From assembly GCA_964016885.1 (NCBI GenBank), contig OZ024740.1, forward strand, positions 221,588,001 to 221,652,000: a stretch of DNA of 64,000 nucleotides, given 5' to 3'. Positions 12,773 to 26,653 of this stretch are shown piece after piece (position 1 is the first letter of the stretch; each line of letters opens with the position of its first letter). The position numbers and the translations under genes were made by a program. A model generated the notes under the pieces. That model worked only from the letters and a program-made list of their open reading frames with translations. It had not been told where the DNA came from and searched no databases. The stretch is from Eledone cirrhosa. Lineage: Eukaryota.

Positions 12773-13409
12773 TATATATGTATATATGAATGTATATATG
12801 CATTCGATATTCAGAGATTGGGATTGATCCAATGCAAAGCCTTCCCTCACTTGAAAAATCTTCAAGCACAGACATCACTTACTATATGACATTTTTTGCG
12901 ATGCATAGCATTGCTGGGCATAGGCAAGTTCCTGGCAAGATTAAAAAGCCACGTCATGGTTTAGTATTAAGTGATCAAATTACTCGAAATCGAGTTGCAG
13001 ACATCATGTATGTATGAATGTATCTATGTATGCGTATGTATCTATATCTAACATCGCTGACATGTGTTCACAAAATTCTACTCACTGTCTACATTTTTTT
13101 GTGTTTATGATTTTGCGAGGTGTGAGGTCAAACTTCCACCATTTTAATCTCTTATTCACGCTGTGTTTCCTTTCTGACAAAAGACAAGCGTTTGGAATAT
13201 TTATCATTACCCTTTTATTACTTCACTTCTGGTGTTATACTAATACAGTGTTATGTATTGTTCTCTGGGGGTGTTGTTTCACATTTTATTTACTTGTTAT
13301 ACATATATATTTTGAGTATATGTTGATTGTTTACCGACACCTCAGTATGCAGGTTGTAGCACTCGATGAAGTACGCAGGTTGGTTTGGTTACTCCGGAGT
13401 AATGTAAAA

Positions 13410-14280
13410 TAATTAAGTCAAATATTTGAAATGTGGCTTCATTTATTAAAGATGTACTGCTATATATATTTCAGTGACAGCCATCATTAGCTGTGACCAC
13501 TTCAGGCAGTCCGAATTGGTGTGGTAGAGACAGGTACACATGTTGTTGAAGTGTTTTACTCCGTCAATACTCCGATATGTCCAGCTCCTGGTTGAGTTGT
13601 TATTTCTCTGAGGAACTGGAATCATATGGATTCGAACAAACGAATTTTGGCGTCATAGGACACTCTCTCATCCCATTCGTCAGTTGTGAGAACATTCCCC
13701 AGTCAAAAGTCTACAGAAATTTTTCTGAGGCAAGACAATCTGTTGTGGTTGTTTTTGTTAAGTACCGATGACCTCCTCCATTGTATTGGTAGTGGTAGTG
13801 GTGTTAAGGGGTCAGCTGGCAAGTCAGCTTTGGTTTGCTGCTGTTATGTTGAGAAGAATTTGTACGTGTGGGTTGGCATCTATCCTGCCACCATTTCATG
13901 TGGTGGGGGGTGCCAAACAGATAAAAAAATAAGATAAAATAAAATAAAGAAATAAAAAATAATAAATAAAATAAAATAAAATGCGTGTGTTACAACCAAT
14001 ATCAAAGTTTGAAAGATTTGGAAAATATTGACTGAAGTAGAAAGACTGTGTCAGAATCGAGAAGTGCAAAGGATTACAATCTTTACACTATCATGGGGTG
14101 GTGCGTTTTAAGAGCAAATGAGACAAGAATGGAGTGTAAAACACTAGAACCCGAGTGTCAAAATCCGGAAATGTAGAGGACTACAGTCCTTATTTCGGTA
14201 TAAAGAACATATGCTTGTATGTCAACGCACATCGTTGCAAGCACACACGCACAAATACAGGCTCTGGTGCATCCCATATG

Positions 14281-14330
<50 letters not shown>

Positions 14331-16962
14331 CACATACATCCACATGCATATACACACACACACACATACATACATGCAAGTATCGATGTATGCACAATCT
14401 TAAACAACAGTATCTATGTATGGACATATGTATAAGTATGTGTTGCCATAGGAGTCGATCGTGGCAGGGGTAGGGGTGGTGATTGTGTAGGGCGTGGTTT
14501 ACCGTGGGCTCGGTGTGGCGGGGCTACTGTCCCTATAGCTTGAGGGAAGTTCCCATCCCAATGTGTTGTTATTATCCATATAGCTTGAACGTCCTGGCCC
14601 TGACGTGTCTACATGTCCCGAAGAAGTCAGTCCTGAGGTTTATTAGGCTACTTCCACAGCTGAGTATCTCAAGGGTCTCGCTGACATAGTTTGCAGATGC
14701 CAGATCCCCCTTTATCAGGTGGTATTTTCCTGATTTTGGATCAGGCTAGAGAGTACGGGGTCCTCTCCAGCTTGATCTTCCAGATCAGTTCGGAAAGAGC
14801 CGTACTTTTCCTTTTGTCCTCCCTATTAAAGGAATGGCGATGGTTATGCCATCGGTCTTTAAAGCTCGTTGATATGGATCCTATGTAAAGGTGTTCAGAG
14901 TTGGGGTTTTTTACTCTACATCCGTATATTAAGTTCTTCCTTAGGCATTCATTACTAAGGGGGCATAATGCGGGCTTTCTGCAGTTGCAGGAGGTGGTCG
15001 ACCCTCGAGTGCCTAATGTGGGGTTCCCGTTGCGTATTATAGGGTAGTCCTACCCCGGGCCCGGTGGGGGGGGGTCCCTGGGTCTGTTTGGGTTTCCAGG
15101 GTGGGTACTGAGCCCACTCTTCCTTCCCTCCACATGGTTCTGCTGGGTCCTTATATTGCCAGCTTCTGGTTGTGTGTGGTTTTTAAGTCTACCCCTATTG
15201 ATGCTAGCTATGGACTGGGCCACATTTCGCAGTAGAATACGAGAGCTTCACAGTGTGTCTGTTGAAGATCTTGTGGTATCTATGGTCCCTCGGGAAGCAT
15301 TTATCTAGTACTCTAAAGAATGAACGAGCCATGCTGTTCTTTAGGGCCGCTGAGTAGGGTAGGTTGTATCACGTGATTTTTCTGCGTCTACTCGTATGTG
15401 GGTGGGTTGAGCGTGCCGTGGGCTGTTGGGGAGTTGCTGGGTTGCTAGTGGTTCCCGCATTGCTGCTTCCCCCTTGGGCACTATGTGTTTTGATAACTTC
15501 CCGGTCCGTTTCTGTGGGGTGGTTGTTGCCCACGCTGGGAGTTCTACAATGGGATGGTCCTCCATCAGTCCCGCTTCGTGTCTTGCGGTTGGGGGCGTCA
15601 GGCCCGGGGTGGTTAGTATCACCCCTGAGACCGCTACTCGTACTGGGTTTCCTCCTATGGTTATGCGTACGCGTCCCCTTCGCTAATGTGGTGGTGTCGC
15701 GTTCATGGTGTTTAGTTGGTTGCACTCTCCCTGTAATGTTAGGGTCCCCCCTCCCAGATACCGTGGGTCGGGGTGTCCGCTGGGCTATCCTTATCATGAC
15801 GCCTCGGATTATATGATATATTTTGGCCATGCACCGCCTTATTTAGAGCTGCGTTGTAATATTCTGCTTTTCTATCGAAGATCTCCTTATTGGCGGACAG
15901 GCTGGAGATCCTGTCCGAGACGCTCTTCACTACGGCCTTAATTATTGACCTAGGGTGGTTTGACCTGGCGTTAACATATACCAGTTTCTCGTTGGGCTTG
16001 TGATAGGGGTAGTATTGCTCGGTGTTCAGGTTTAGGGTGGTGCCAAGGAAGTTAACTATCTTTGTATTTGGGTCTAGTTCGATACTGAGCCCATGGTTCT
16101 TAAAGAAGTTCCTAATTCGCCTCTTCATTCTCTCCACAATAGTGGTGCTGTGGTCATAGACTGTGAAGAGAGCATCGTCACGATACAATCCGCCGCCCAG
16201 ACAGGGGATTTCTTCTTTTATCTGCTTCAGCAGGAAGAGCCCAACCAGGTCCGTTACCTGTGCGGAGTCGCTGGAGCCCATCGTGATGTCAAAGTTATTT
16301 GGCCAATCACTCCTGGTCCACTGGTCTCCACCGAAACGGATCAGGGTTTTTCGGAGAGCGTGGATGATACCCACCTCCTCACGGGTTAAGTAAGTATTGG
16401 ACATCGATAAAATAAGACCCTTATGGGCGAGATTGAGGAGTAGTAGCCTGCAATATCCAGTTGATAAAGCTGGTCCTACTTTTCTTAGGTAATATCTTAA
16501 ACCATTCTATTACCTCTTCCGTGCATGACCATTGCTGCAATCTAGTTTTTTTCCGAAGCTTAGGCAAAATCCTATCTAGTATGCTTTTACTGACGTTCCC
16601 TAGGTCTGATCTGAAGGGGGATATTAGTCTAACCGGGAGGTCGGACTCAAAGTTTGGCTTGTGATCTTTAAGGGTAATCCTCGGCTCCCTTGGTTGGTAT
16701 GGGGCCGTCCTATCCTTTTTATTTTTTTATTTCTTTATTTTATTTTATCTTATTTTTTTATCTGTTTGGCACCCCTCACCACGTGGAATGGTGGCAGGAT
16801 AGATGCTAACCCCCACACACAAATTATTCTGAACATAGCAGCACAAACCAAAGCTGACCTGCCAGCTGACCCCTTAACACCACTACCACTACCAACACAA
16901 TGGAGGAGGTCAGCTGTACTTAACAAAAACAACCAGAACAGATTGTCTTGCCTGAGAAAAAT
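13410..16962 (-). mobile_element. Penelope-like element B (Hydra-clade-like RT, GIY-YIG), 5'-truncated with inverted 5' repeat
   Basis: [43 protein letters not shown]; CNCRKPALCPL..C, IYGCRV..YIGS at about 14570-14995; 16714-16962 is an inverted copy of 13719-13980; the 3' boundary is inferred. Confidence 0.78.
13456..13510 (-). ncRNA. Hammerhead ribozyme with A9U core variant
   Basis: ACTGC-CTGAAGT-GGTCACAGC..GCTGTCACT-GAAA-TATATA-TA-GCAGT, followed by AATAAA. Confidence 0.65.
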
Positions 16963-19630
16963 GTCTAAATAGGTCTTTCTCGAAGTTTTCAGCAAGGAGT
17001 TGTGTGGTGCGTTCTTGTATGTGGTGAAATCATATAAATATTTCTTATCATTACGTTTTGTTTTTCTATCAAAGTGGTAGGCCCTCCATCTGACCCTTTT
17101 GATGAGTTCTTCATACGGATTGGACACTACCGTATATTTTGGTAGATTTATCTACATACTTTGCTCCTAATTTTATACAGGTATTCATATTTTAATAATA
17201 ATATATATTTTTTATATATATATACATAATTTTATGACTCCCTATATATATAGTTGAGCTCTCTTTCTTTCCATTATCCATATTACAATGGAAAAACAAT
17301 ACTTGGGAACTTCTTTAAAGAATATACCGATACCTTCTAAGGACGAATTCTTATTTCTTATGATACAAAAAACCAACCAATTCATCAAAAGGGTCAGATG
17401 GAGGGCCTACCACTTTGATAGAGAAACAAAACGTAATGATAAGAAATATTTATATGATTTCACCACATACAAGAACCCACCACACAACTCCTTGCTTGAA
17501 AACTTTGAGAAAGACCTATTTAACTTAATCAAACACCTCAGATTTAAGAAATATAAATCTAATTTTCAAAAGGATCTTGACTCTACCCTATTGGATCTAA
17601 AAAAAATCTAGCAAAGTCCACGTCCACTCAGACAAAACTGGAAATCTATACCATATGGATATTGATAATTACAATGAGTTCATTTATAAAGAACTCAGGA
17701 AAAATTATAAAAAAACAAATAATGCAGCTCTTACCAATATCAACAACAAAACATACAACATAGTAAATAAACTCAATATTGAAGACAGAACTGAACCTTT
17801 GGCACTGAAAAAAACACACTTTAACCCGAAAGATCACAAATCTAACTTTAACTCTAATCCTTCTATAAGACTTATATGCCCTTCCAAGTCTGACATTTGC
17901 ATCATTAGTAAAATGTTTTAGATAGAATCATCCCACAATTAAAAAAATACGCTAATTTACCACTCTGGGAAAACACATCCCAAGTAATTAACTGGTTTTC
18001 TAATATTAGAAATAAATTATGTTTCATTTCTACAATTTGATATAGATGCTTATTATTCCTCTATATCACCCATACTCCTGAACAAAGCCTTGATATTTGC
18101 CAAAAATAGATCAAACTTAACTATGGATGACATTAATATTATCACGCACGCTAGACAAACACTACTGGAATTTCAGAAGGAATACTGGACCAGAAATACA
18201 TATATCTTCGACATTACTATGGGATCTAGTAATTCTGCCCAAATTACCGATCTTGTGGGCCTCTTTCTTCTATTTAACATTAATTCATCTTTTCTCCACC
18301 TCAAAGGTGGTTTATATCGTGATGACTATCTTCTTCTTTCCACTAACCTTAGCCTATCAGAAATTGAAAAAAAAAACTTAGAACTTTCCTCAAAGACTAT
18401 TACAATCTCACTATTACATTTGAAAACACCAGTAAAATAGTCAATTTCCTAGATATAGCTTTAGACTTATCTACGGGTATCTACCAACCTTACCATAAAC
18501 CTAACCAAAACTTACATTACATACACTCACAATCCAATCACCTTAGATCTATCCTTAAAAACCTAGCATATAATATCTCACTCAGAATATCTAGCCTTTC
18601 ATCTAACTAGGATGTATTCGATAAAAACGCGCCCTTTTATAACGAAGCTTTAGCTAGAAGCAGCCACAAAAACAAATTAGTCTATATACCTTGCACCAAT
18701 AATACTTCAAACATACAACCCAATATTACCAACAAACACCAAATGAAAAACCCACACCTAAATGCCATTCATACTATACCCAAAAATACCAACCTAAAAC
18801 TTAAGTTCTCTACCTCTTCTCACATAAAATATAATGACTTTCAAAAAACCATTCATCTTAATACTCCAATATATGTTAACAACATTACTAACAAAGTTCC
18901 TAATAATCAGACTAAAACACCTAAATCAGTTAATCTAACTAAACCTATATATAACAAATTCACTAATAGTAACTCTCTTAGTAAACATCCTGATACATCT
19001 TATAAATATAAAAACAATATCGAAACCGTAATAGACGGGTTACTTGGTATAATGCTCCATTTAATCTACAAATTAAAGATAATATCCCTAAAAAGATAAT
19101 ATCCCTAAAATCAAAAGAAATTGCCCATAGTCTATAAATGTAAAATTAGCACTAAGGACTCCACTTAATCACATATAGGAGCTACATCTAACCAATTTAA
19201 AGTAAGATTTAATACTCACAAACATAGTTTTAAAAATGCCGCATTAGCTAATACAACATCCTTGACTGGAACAATTAATAATTATAGAAAGAAGAATATC
19301 GATTACAACCTGATCTGGAGTGTGCTCAAAAGGGCCACCCCTTATCAAAATAACAGATACGAGTGTAGATTATGCTCTCAGGAACTTTTTGAAATCATGA
19401 AATCTAAGGATATCCTATTAAATAAGCGACAGGAATTAATTATATCTTGCAATCATAGAATTAGAAGAACCTTCAAATATTATAAACCTAATTAATATAC
19501 ACCTTACACTTATATTTTACATATTATTATAATTGATTTTTTAATTCAGTTAACCTTTAATTAGTACTTTACTACAGAGAACGTCATAATTTTATTTCCC
19601 TCTTACAGCTCTCTTTTCCTAAAATTAATA

Positions 19631-19970
19631 CCTAAAAGTATACCTATAAATTAATTTAATTTCCTGTTATGAATCTAGATTCCTTGTAGTTTATATAAAA
19701 TTGGTATTTCTCACTACTACCCTTATCCCAAAATTTTACTTTCCTTCGTTTTTAACAACACTCTTTAATAACATCTAATTCTTATTTATCACATTCATAT
19801 GAATTAATATAAATTTATCCCAAAAAAGTATACCAATCAATTAATTTAATTTCTTGTTATAGAACTAGATCCCTTGTGGTTTAAATAAGATTGGTATTTC
19901 TCACTAATACCCTTACCCTAAAATTTTATTTTCCTTCGTTTTTAACATTATTCTTTAATAACATCAAATT
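19631..19970 (+). repeat. About 150-bp direct duplication (period about 190) in the 3' UTR of element C
   Basis: AAAAGTATACC..TTGGTATTTCTCACTA..TTCCTTCGTTTTTAAC occurs twice. Confidence 0.75.
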
Positions 19971-20207
19971 TTCGAGTACCTTTCACTGGCTTGACCTCTT
20001 TTCATCCCCAAAAGTATTCGTTTCATTCAAAGTATTCTTTTCAATCAAAACATAAGTCTGCACTCCTCTACCCCTAAATTAAATTTCTACTACTACTCTT
20101 CTATCAACTTGACCTCTAACTACTTTTCTATTGGTCAATTCAAAACCCGTTCCCAAACAGACCTTTTATATTAAATCTTTGTTGGTTTTTTCAATAAACA
20201 AATCTCC

Positions 20208-20337
20208 TCATTTCTGAAGTCAGCATGTATATGTGAAGGTATGTATATTTCCTCTGATAGTTTGTAATATTTTTACATAGATCTATATGATATACATACC
20301 AGCACACATATACATCCTAGAAACGATCGTAAAATGA
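20208..20337 (+). ncRNA. Hammerhead-like motif with about 100-nt stem II
   Basis: TCATTT-CTGAAGT-[ATGTATATGTG..GGTATGTATAT / ATATACATACC..CACATATACAT]-GAAA-CGATCG-TA-AAATGA. Confidence 0.65.
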
Positions 20338-20392
20338 TAAATTTTTTAATATAAGGAACTTGTTCTTTGTTTTTATTTCATTGTTTTTATTA

Positions 20393-20399
<7 letters not shown>

Positions 20400-20483
<84 letters not shown>

Positions 20484-20484
20484 C

Positions 20485-20534
<50 letters not shown>

Positions 20535-20641
20535 CTGTGTGTCTGTGTGTCTGTGTGTGTGTGTGTGTGTGTGCGTGTGTGCGTGTGAGTGTGTCTGTGT
20601 GTGTATGCGTTTGTGTACATATATAGATGCATTTGTATACG

Positions 20642-20702
<61 letters not shown>

Positions 20703-20819
20703 ATATGTGTATATACGTGCATATATGTGTATATATATATACATATATACATATATGTATGTATACATATATCCATGTATATATATATGTACATACGCAT
20801 GAATGTATGAATATATGTT

Positions 20820-20854
<35 letters not shown>

Positions 20855-20910
20855 TTATATGTATATGTATGTATATATATATATGTATGTGAAAGTATAT
20901 ACATATGTGT
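20400..20910. repeat. Compound (TA)n/(TG)n/(TACA)n microsatellite
   Basis: Direct reading; similar tracts at 26578-27400, 30900-31200, 37557-37866, 41730-42245, 43041-43180, 50934-51138, 61850-62945. Confidence 0.95.
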
Positions 20911-22285
20911 GTTAGTAAATATTATTATATGAGTGTTATTATATGAGTGTGAAATGTAATAACAAAAGAATGACCCTTCGATATTTAAATATAGTCGTGT
21001 TATATAGTACTTCGACTTAGCATATGTTTTTCTTAATACTCAGAGTTTCATGATGGCATTCGTTTAATGTTTGCATTTCAATCTTACGTGCAGCGTCAAA
21101 CTTCAGCTTGAAACAGAAATTTCTGTAACACAGCATCAACTGGAAGATGTCTGAAACATACAGACCCTATATCAATAGAACCAAGAAATGTGAACTCTGC
21201 AGTGTTGAACAGTGTTTAATATTAAACTATAAAAACCTTTCCTGCACTGTGCACAATTCGTATTTCACTTTTGTCTAGACGTAACCCAACTTGCCCCAGG
21301 AGCGCCAAACACGTCTTCCACCGAATAGCTGTTGAGCACAGATACCAGCTAGACAGCGTAGAAAATCGACTGGATATTGCATGAAAATTCCTCTTCCCAC
21401 ACATGTGTCACATCAGACAAAAAGCAACTGTGTCTGACACAAAAAGAATTCAACCTATATTTGCCTTCCTCAAATCAGTAAACAAGAAGAAAAATCAAAA
21501 AACCTTTTGCAAATAGTACCAGAAGTAACAGCACTCCCGAAACATATATATATATATTCATAAACGTTGAAGATTGATGGAACACGCCAGATTAATTAAC
21601 ATCGATAGATCGGATTCTATCATGAAACTCTTAATGCCGACGCAAACATATGCTTACTTCCCATGCATTTTCAGTAATATGTATACATATATGTATGGAT
21701 ATATATCTATATGTATATATATTGCTGTCAATATATGTATATATATATATGTACCTAGAAAACCGCGGATTTCTATCAAAGATCATAAATTAGACTTTAA
21801 GCCTAACCTCCCGGTTAGACTAATAGCAACTTCCAAGTCGGATCTAGGTAGGGCCAGTAAGAATATAATAGATAGGATCCTGCCAACGCTTATGAATAGA
21901 AATAGACTTAGCCTATGGGCTTCGACTAAGGAGGTAATTGACTGGTTCACAGAGCTGCCTACCAAACAGCAAGTGGACTTCATTCAGGTGGACATAGCCA
22001 ATTACTACGCTTTCATTTCACCAGTAATTGTGAACAAGGCCCTCGTGAGCGCTATGGCTAGGTCCAACCTAGTGGACATCATTATAGCTGCTAGAAAGAC
22101 GCTAATTAGGTTTGAGGGTAGATTATGGGAAAGGAGAGACAGACCCGACAGTTTCGACATCACTATGGGGTCAAGCGACTCCGCACAGGTGACGGATCTG
22201 GTGGGAATTTTTCTACTCCATAGGTTAGCAGAAGAGATTCCAGAGATAGGCGGCGGAATATATAGAGACGACGCCCTATTTACTT

Positions 22286-22838
22286 GTACTTGTACTTGTG
22301 TCGACATTCACCCTGGACGGGTTGAGCCGGCTTCTTCCCTTGTCTTGGCGGCATCCCAAACCATGGCAGCCCACGCACGACGGTCCCGGGCTAGGTCACT
22401 GGAGATATCGAGCCAGTCACGGTTCCATCGGCGCAGGCCGACCACCTGCGGACCTGAGAGTTCAGAGAGGTCCTCCGCCAACCTAAAGTCCAACCTCTCC
22501 TCAACGTGGCAGGGCGGTGGCAACGGGTAGTGTCAGAGCTATGCCGTGGGGAACTTCGGTTCCTAGTAGGGAGGGCCACCCAAGGCGGATTGGTCTGGCA
22601 CCCAGCGGTATTAGGACCGCAACCCGGCAAAAGGGGCTCTGGTGAAAATCCAAGAGGTGTCTGCTCCGGTAACCGACGGCTTCGAGTCGTTTCTGTCCCT
22701 ACGTCTGTGGAGAATCTGCGGCAATCAGGACGTTTTTTTTCCCTCATTCGGGATATACATGCGGGTTATTTTGGGGACCGCTTGTGAATTCACTACTCCC
22801 ATGACACTTCTTCCATCAATCCTACAAATACGAACTAT
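22286..22838 (-). mobile_element. RTE-clade fragment with (CAAGTA)n tail and 13-bp TSD inside element D
   Basis: EDLSELSGPQVVGLRRWNRDW..LARDRRAW on minus strand; TSD GCCCTATTTACTT at 22273-22285 and 22839-22851. Confidence 0.8.
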
Positions 22839-25800
22839 GCCCTATTTACTTTCCGCTCACTAAACTCTATCCAGCTGGAGCGCATGCGGAAGCGCATCTC
22901 ATATTTCTTTAAGCAGCACGGCTTATCCGTGCTAATAGAAACTAGCACTAAGATGGTAAACTTCCTAGACGTATCATTAGAACTGGATACAGGCTTATAC
23001 CGACCATATCACAAGCCCAACGAGAACCTGCAGTAAGTAAACAGGCACTCACACCTCTCCAAGTTGGTTATAGGCGCAATAGTCAAGGGGGTATCCAACC
23101 GCGTATCCACATTATCCGCTAACGCGGGATCTACACCCCGGACAATGGCTGGCCGCATAACGAGGAACGCAAACACCTGGATACCATTAGTACTAACATA
23201 GGCAGACAAATTGCCCGGAAGCACACACATAATGATATGGATAGGAGTATTACGCACGACAAGGAAGGCACCACGACGCATTGACAGAAGTGTGCGCATG
23301 GGAACCCTAGGGACCCCAACACATGCAGACTGAACTGTAACAACAGCACAGACCACGACGGGGAAATCAAAGATAGTGAAGTAGCTAACGCAGCACAGGA
23401 CATAGGACACGCTAGAGATAAAACCAGGACAAAGAACACCAACAATGATACGGTGGGATACTCGGGTAGCAGAACGGGGATGAAAACCAGGGCTTGTAAA
23501 CGTGTCCAGAACAACATAGTAAGTGAATGCCTTTCTCCCGACTTAAATAGTAGTTCTAAGCATAGGGATAGCATAGGGGATGAAATAGGAGTAGGGTGCT
23601 ACCCGAGAAAACAATATGACACTGCACACATTACTAGTAGAAGACGACGAAATAAGAAAAGGTCTAGAAACATAACATGGTTCAATGCACCATACTCGAA
23701 GTATGTATGCACTAACATGCCAGGACTTTTCTTCAGGGCATTGGACGAGTGTTTCCCGGCATCCCACGTGTACCACAAAATATTCAACCACCACACCGCG
23801 AAGTTCTAATTTTCCACGGCACCCAACATGGCAGACTACATGGCCAAGGCCAACGCAATGATATTGAGGACACCCCACCGACAAGCTTTACAGGCCTGAG
23901 GCACGTCGGGGGGGGGGGGGCTGAGTGGAGCGCATGGGGAAGTGGCTAGTGGTTCTCGCGATGTGCCTGGGGGTGGAGCTGTGGCCGTGGAGGACGCATC
24001 TCCTGACAACAGAGACCAGCATGTGGTGAACGCTGACTCCACTACTCTGCCGGAACACCACATGAGGACCGGGAGAACCCAAATAAGAAATCAGGCCCAC
24101 ATAAAGGGTATGACAAAAATGATGCACGGACATGTAACTGCCGTGTAGGAGAGGAGTGCCCTCTGCAGGGAATGTGCCTGACAAAGGGCGGTGTCTATAG
24201 ATGTATGGTTACCACGCACAATGATAGGCACACTTACATCGGGGCAACATCCACGACTTTTAAATCGAGGATGTACAACCACAAGAACTCGTTCAAACAC
24301 AGGAACAAGAGATACTCCACCAGACTGGCGAACCTAATATCAGGACTCAAAGATAGTGGCACAGAGTTTGGCCTCAGCTGGAGTATTGTCCAGCGCGCGA
24401 ATGCATACTCGGCTGGCGAGATGAGGTACAAGTTGTCCATGTCCGAGGCTATGGAGATAGTAAAACTAAAGGGCGACGCAGTCAGCCTCAAATCTAAAAA
24501 CATCAAAGCCTGCAGACACCAACGTAAATGCGCGCTCTCCGCTTTAGTGATACCAGATGGGTCTATCTAAGGCACTACCGGTATGACAATGCCAGGTGGG
24601 CGCATGCAGTGGACCACGAGATGCCACAGCATGCCTATGAATGCAAGGTGGAACAAGCTGATATCAACGACAGATCCAACGACACCTACCTCGTAACCTA
24701 CCTTGGATAACACCATGCCACCAACTTGGGGACGCCTACTCAATATAAGTCTGATTTTGTCTACAATCTTAAGTGTGGTTTTGAATTTGAATTTGAATTT
24801 TTGATTTTTAACTTTTAATTCTCGATTCGTGATGTTTAATTTGCAACTTTGATGTTGGACTTGATGCTGGTCTTAAGGTTAGCGTTGCAGTTAATTCTAA
24901 CTTTGCCTGCCGTTGTTATATACACGCCTAAAACACAAGCCCCTGGTATATTCCACTTATGCATCCATTCCATGTACATTTCATATATACTGTTAGGAAA
25001 CACATATTCTATACATTCACAATATATATAACTTGTTTGTGTATGCACACACAGTCCCCTGTGTCCACCCCTCATGAAACCTGTCTCATGAGCATGATTG
25101 ATATGCAGGTTCTTACACAGTCCCTTGGATCGTCAGTCCCTATGTATCTTATATAACCCTATGCACCACAGTCCTCAAGTATTTTTATGCAACTTTATGC
25201 ACATCCCAATAATGTCAGGGTGGCGTGAACAGATACCCCTCTGCATCTTTGTCATGTATACATCCCTTTTTCCAGTATTTTATTTTATCTTATTTTATGT
25301 TATTTTATTTTATGTGCGTACACGCATTTATATATAGGTGCCACACATGTTATCTGTGATTAGTGCAAGGCTACTACGTAGCTATTACATTTACGCATAT
25401 TGTGCATGCACTTTCAGGCTTATATCGCCACATGAATGGGTTGAGTCCAAGCCTCAAGAATGTTGACTCATATAATATTTTATGCGCCATGTGCACAGTT
25501 GCGTGTGTGTGTAGATATGTAGGTATTCATCAAGTATGTGCTTTTTTTGATATGTATAAGCATGCTCATGCGCGGGTACATGTATGTATGTGTGTCCACG
25601 CACATATGCATACATGCATGTGTATACATGTCTGGGTGGATGTGTTCGTATAAATACGTCTGTGTAAATGTACGCATGTGTATGTGTAGATCTTCCATTG
25701 TTTTCATCTGTGTATATGTACAGCGTCTTAGCTATATACGCTTTCCTGAGTACACTTTGTGTGTGTAGATATGTGTATATTTATCAAAAATACCTTTGGA

Positions 25801-26355
25801 TTAACTTTTTTGAAAGGCTATTTCAAGCATTCTTTTAAAAACGTTCTCTTTACAGGGGTTTTGTTTTGAAATGTGGTTTTTTAAAGGTATTTTGAGGGTG
25901 TGTTTTTCTGAAACGTTCTGTTAAATGGTTTTCCATTAAAAAAAAAAATTCTTTCTAAGTATTCGCTGCACATTTAATATCTATTGTGATTGTTGCATAT
26001 AATACAGTTGCGGGTGTGTACGTGATCGCTGTGGGTGTATAAGTGCCCGTTATCTAACGCCTGCGCGAAACATGTACATGGGTGAGGGCGCCTACAGGTT
26101 GAGACGGCGAAGGTGGCGCGACCGGTTCAATCATACAACCCTTTACCTCCTACAGTAGTAATTCCGATTTAAGAAACAACTTTGATTGACAGGTTGCGAA
26201 TGAAAGGAACCAAATATAGGAGGGCCACGAGTGGCCAAAAATAACGTACGTGTACAATTCTTGACCGAGCATAGAATGACAACAACAGGATCTACGCTGC
26301 CGAGTGAGGGGCGTGGGTGTAACTGGACATTTGGAAACTCTGCTTCGTAGAATCG

Positions 26356-26452
26356 AGACGTAGCTGAAGACCTTGCGATTCCAGAGTCAGGTTCGATCAT
26401 TACATCGATCGTGCCTCGAGCTGGTCGCCAGAAAAACGATTGTAATACGTCT
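26356..26452 (+). ncRNA. Hammerhead motif with about 60-nt stem II (element D)
   Basis: AGACGTA-G-CTGAAGA-[GCGA..CCAG..AGG..CGATC / GATCG..CCT..CTGG.TCGC]-GAAAAA-CGATTG-TA-A-TACGTCT, then AATAAA. Confidence 0.7.
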
Positions 26453-26574
26453 AATAAATTTTATTCGTCGCAACACTGATTCTCCGTTTCTTATGTGATA
26501 TTATACTCTGCCTTGTAAGAGCATCGAATGCTCAAACGGCCTACTGCTTACAGACGCTTTAAGCATCCCACACC

Positions 26575-26653
<79 letters not shown>

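Larger units (their letters stand above)
16966..20395 (+). mobile_element. Penelope-like element C (Hydra-clade-like), near full-length, degraded
   Basis: [73 protein letters not shown]; 16966-17104 is an inverted copy of 17381-17522; ends at (TA)n. Confidence 0.85.
21751..26500 (+). mobile_element. Penelope-like element D (Hydra-clade-like), 5'-truncated, long 3' UTR
   Basis: [93 protein letters not shown]; HHR and AATAAA at the 3' end. Confidence 0.85.

Noticed and set aside
21140-21225. PYINRTKKCELC as a separate element
   Set aside because: Probably a PLE endonuclease remnant, but too short and decayed to delimit
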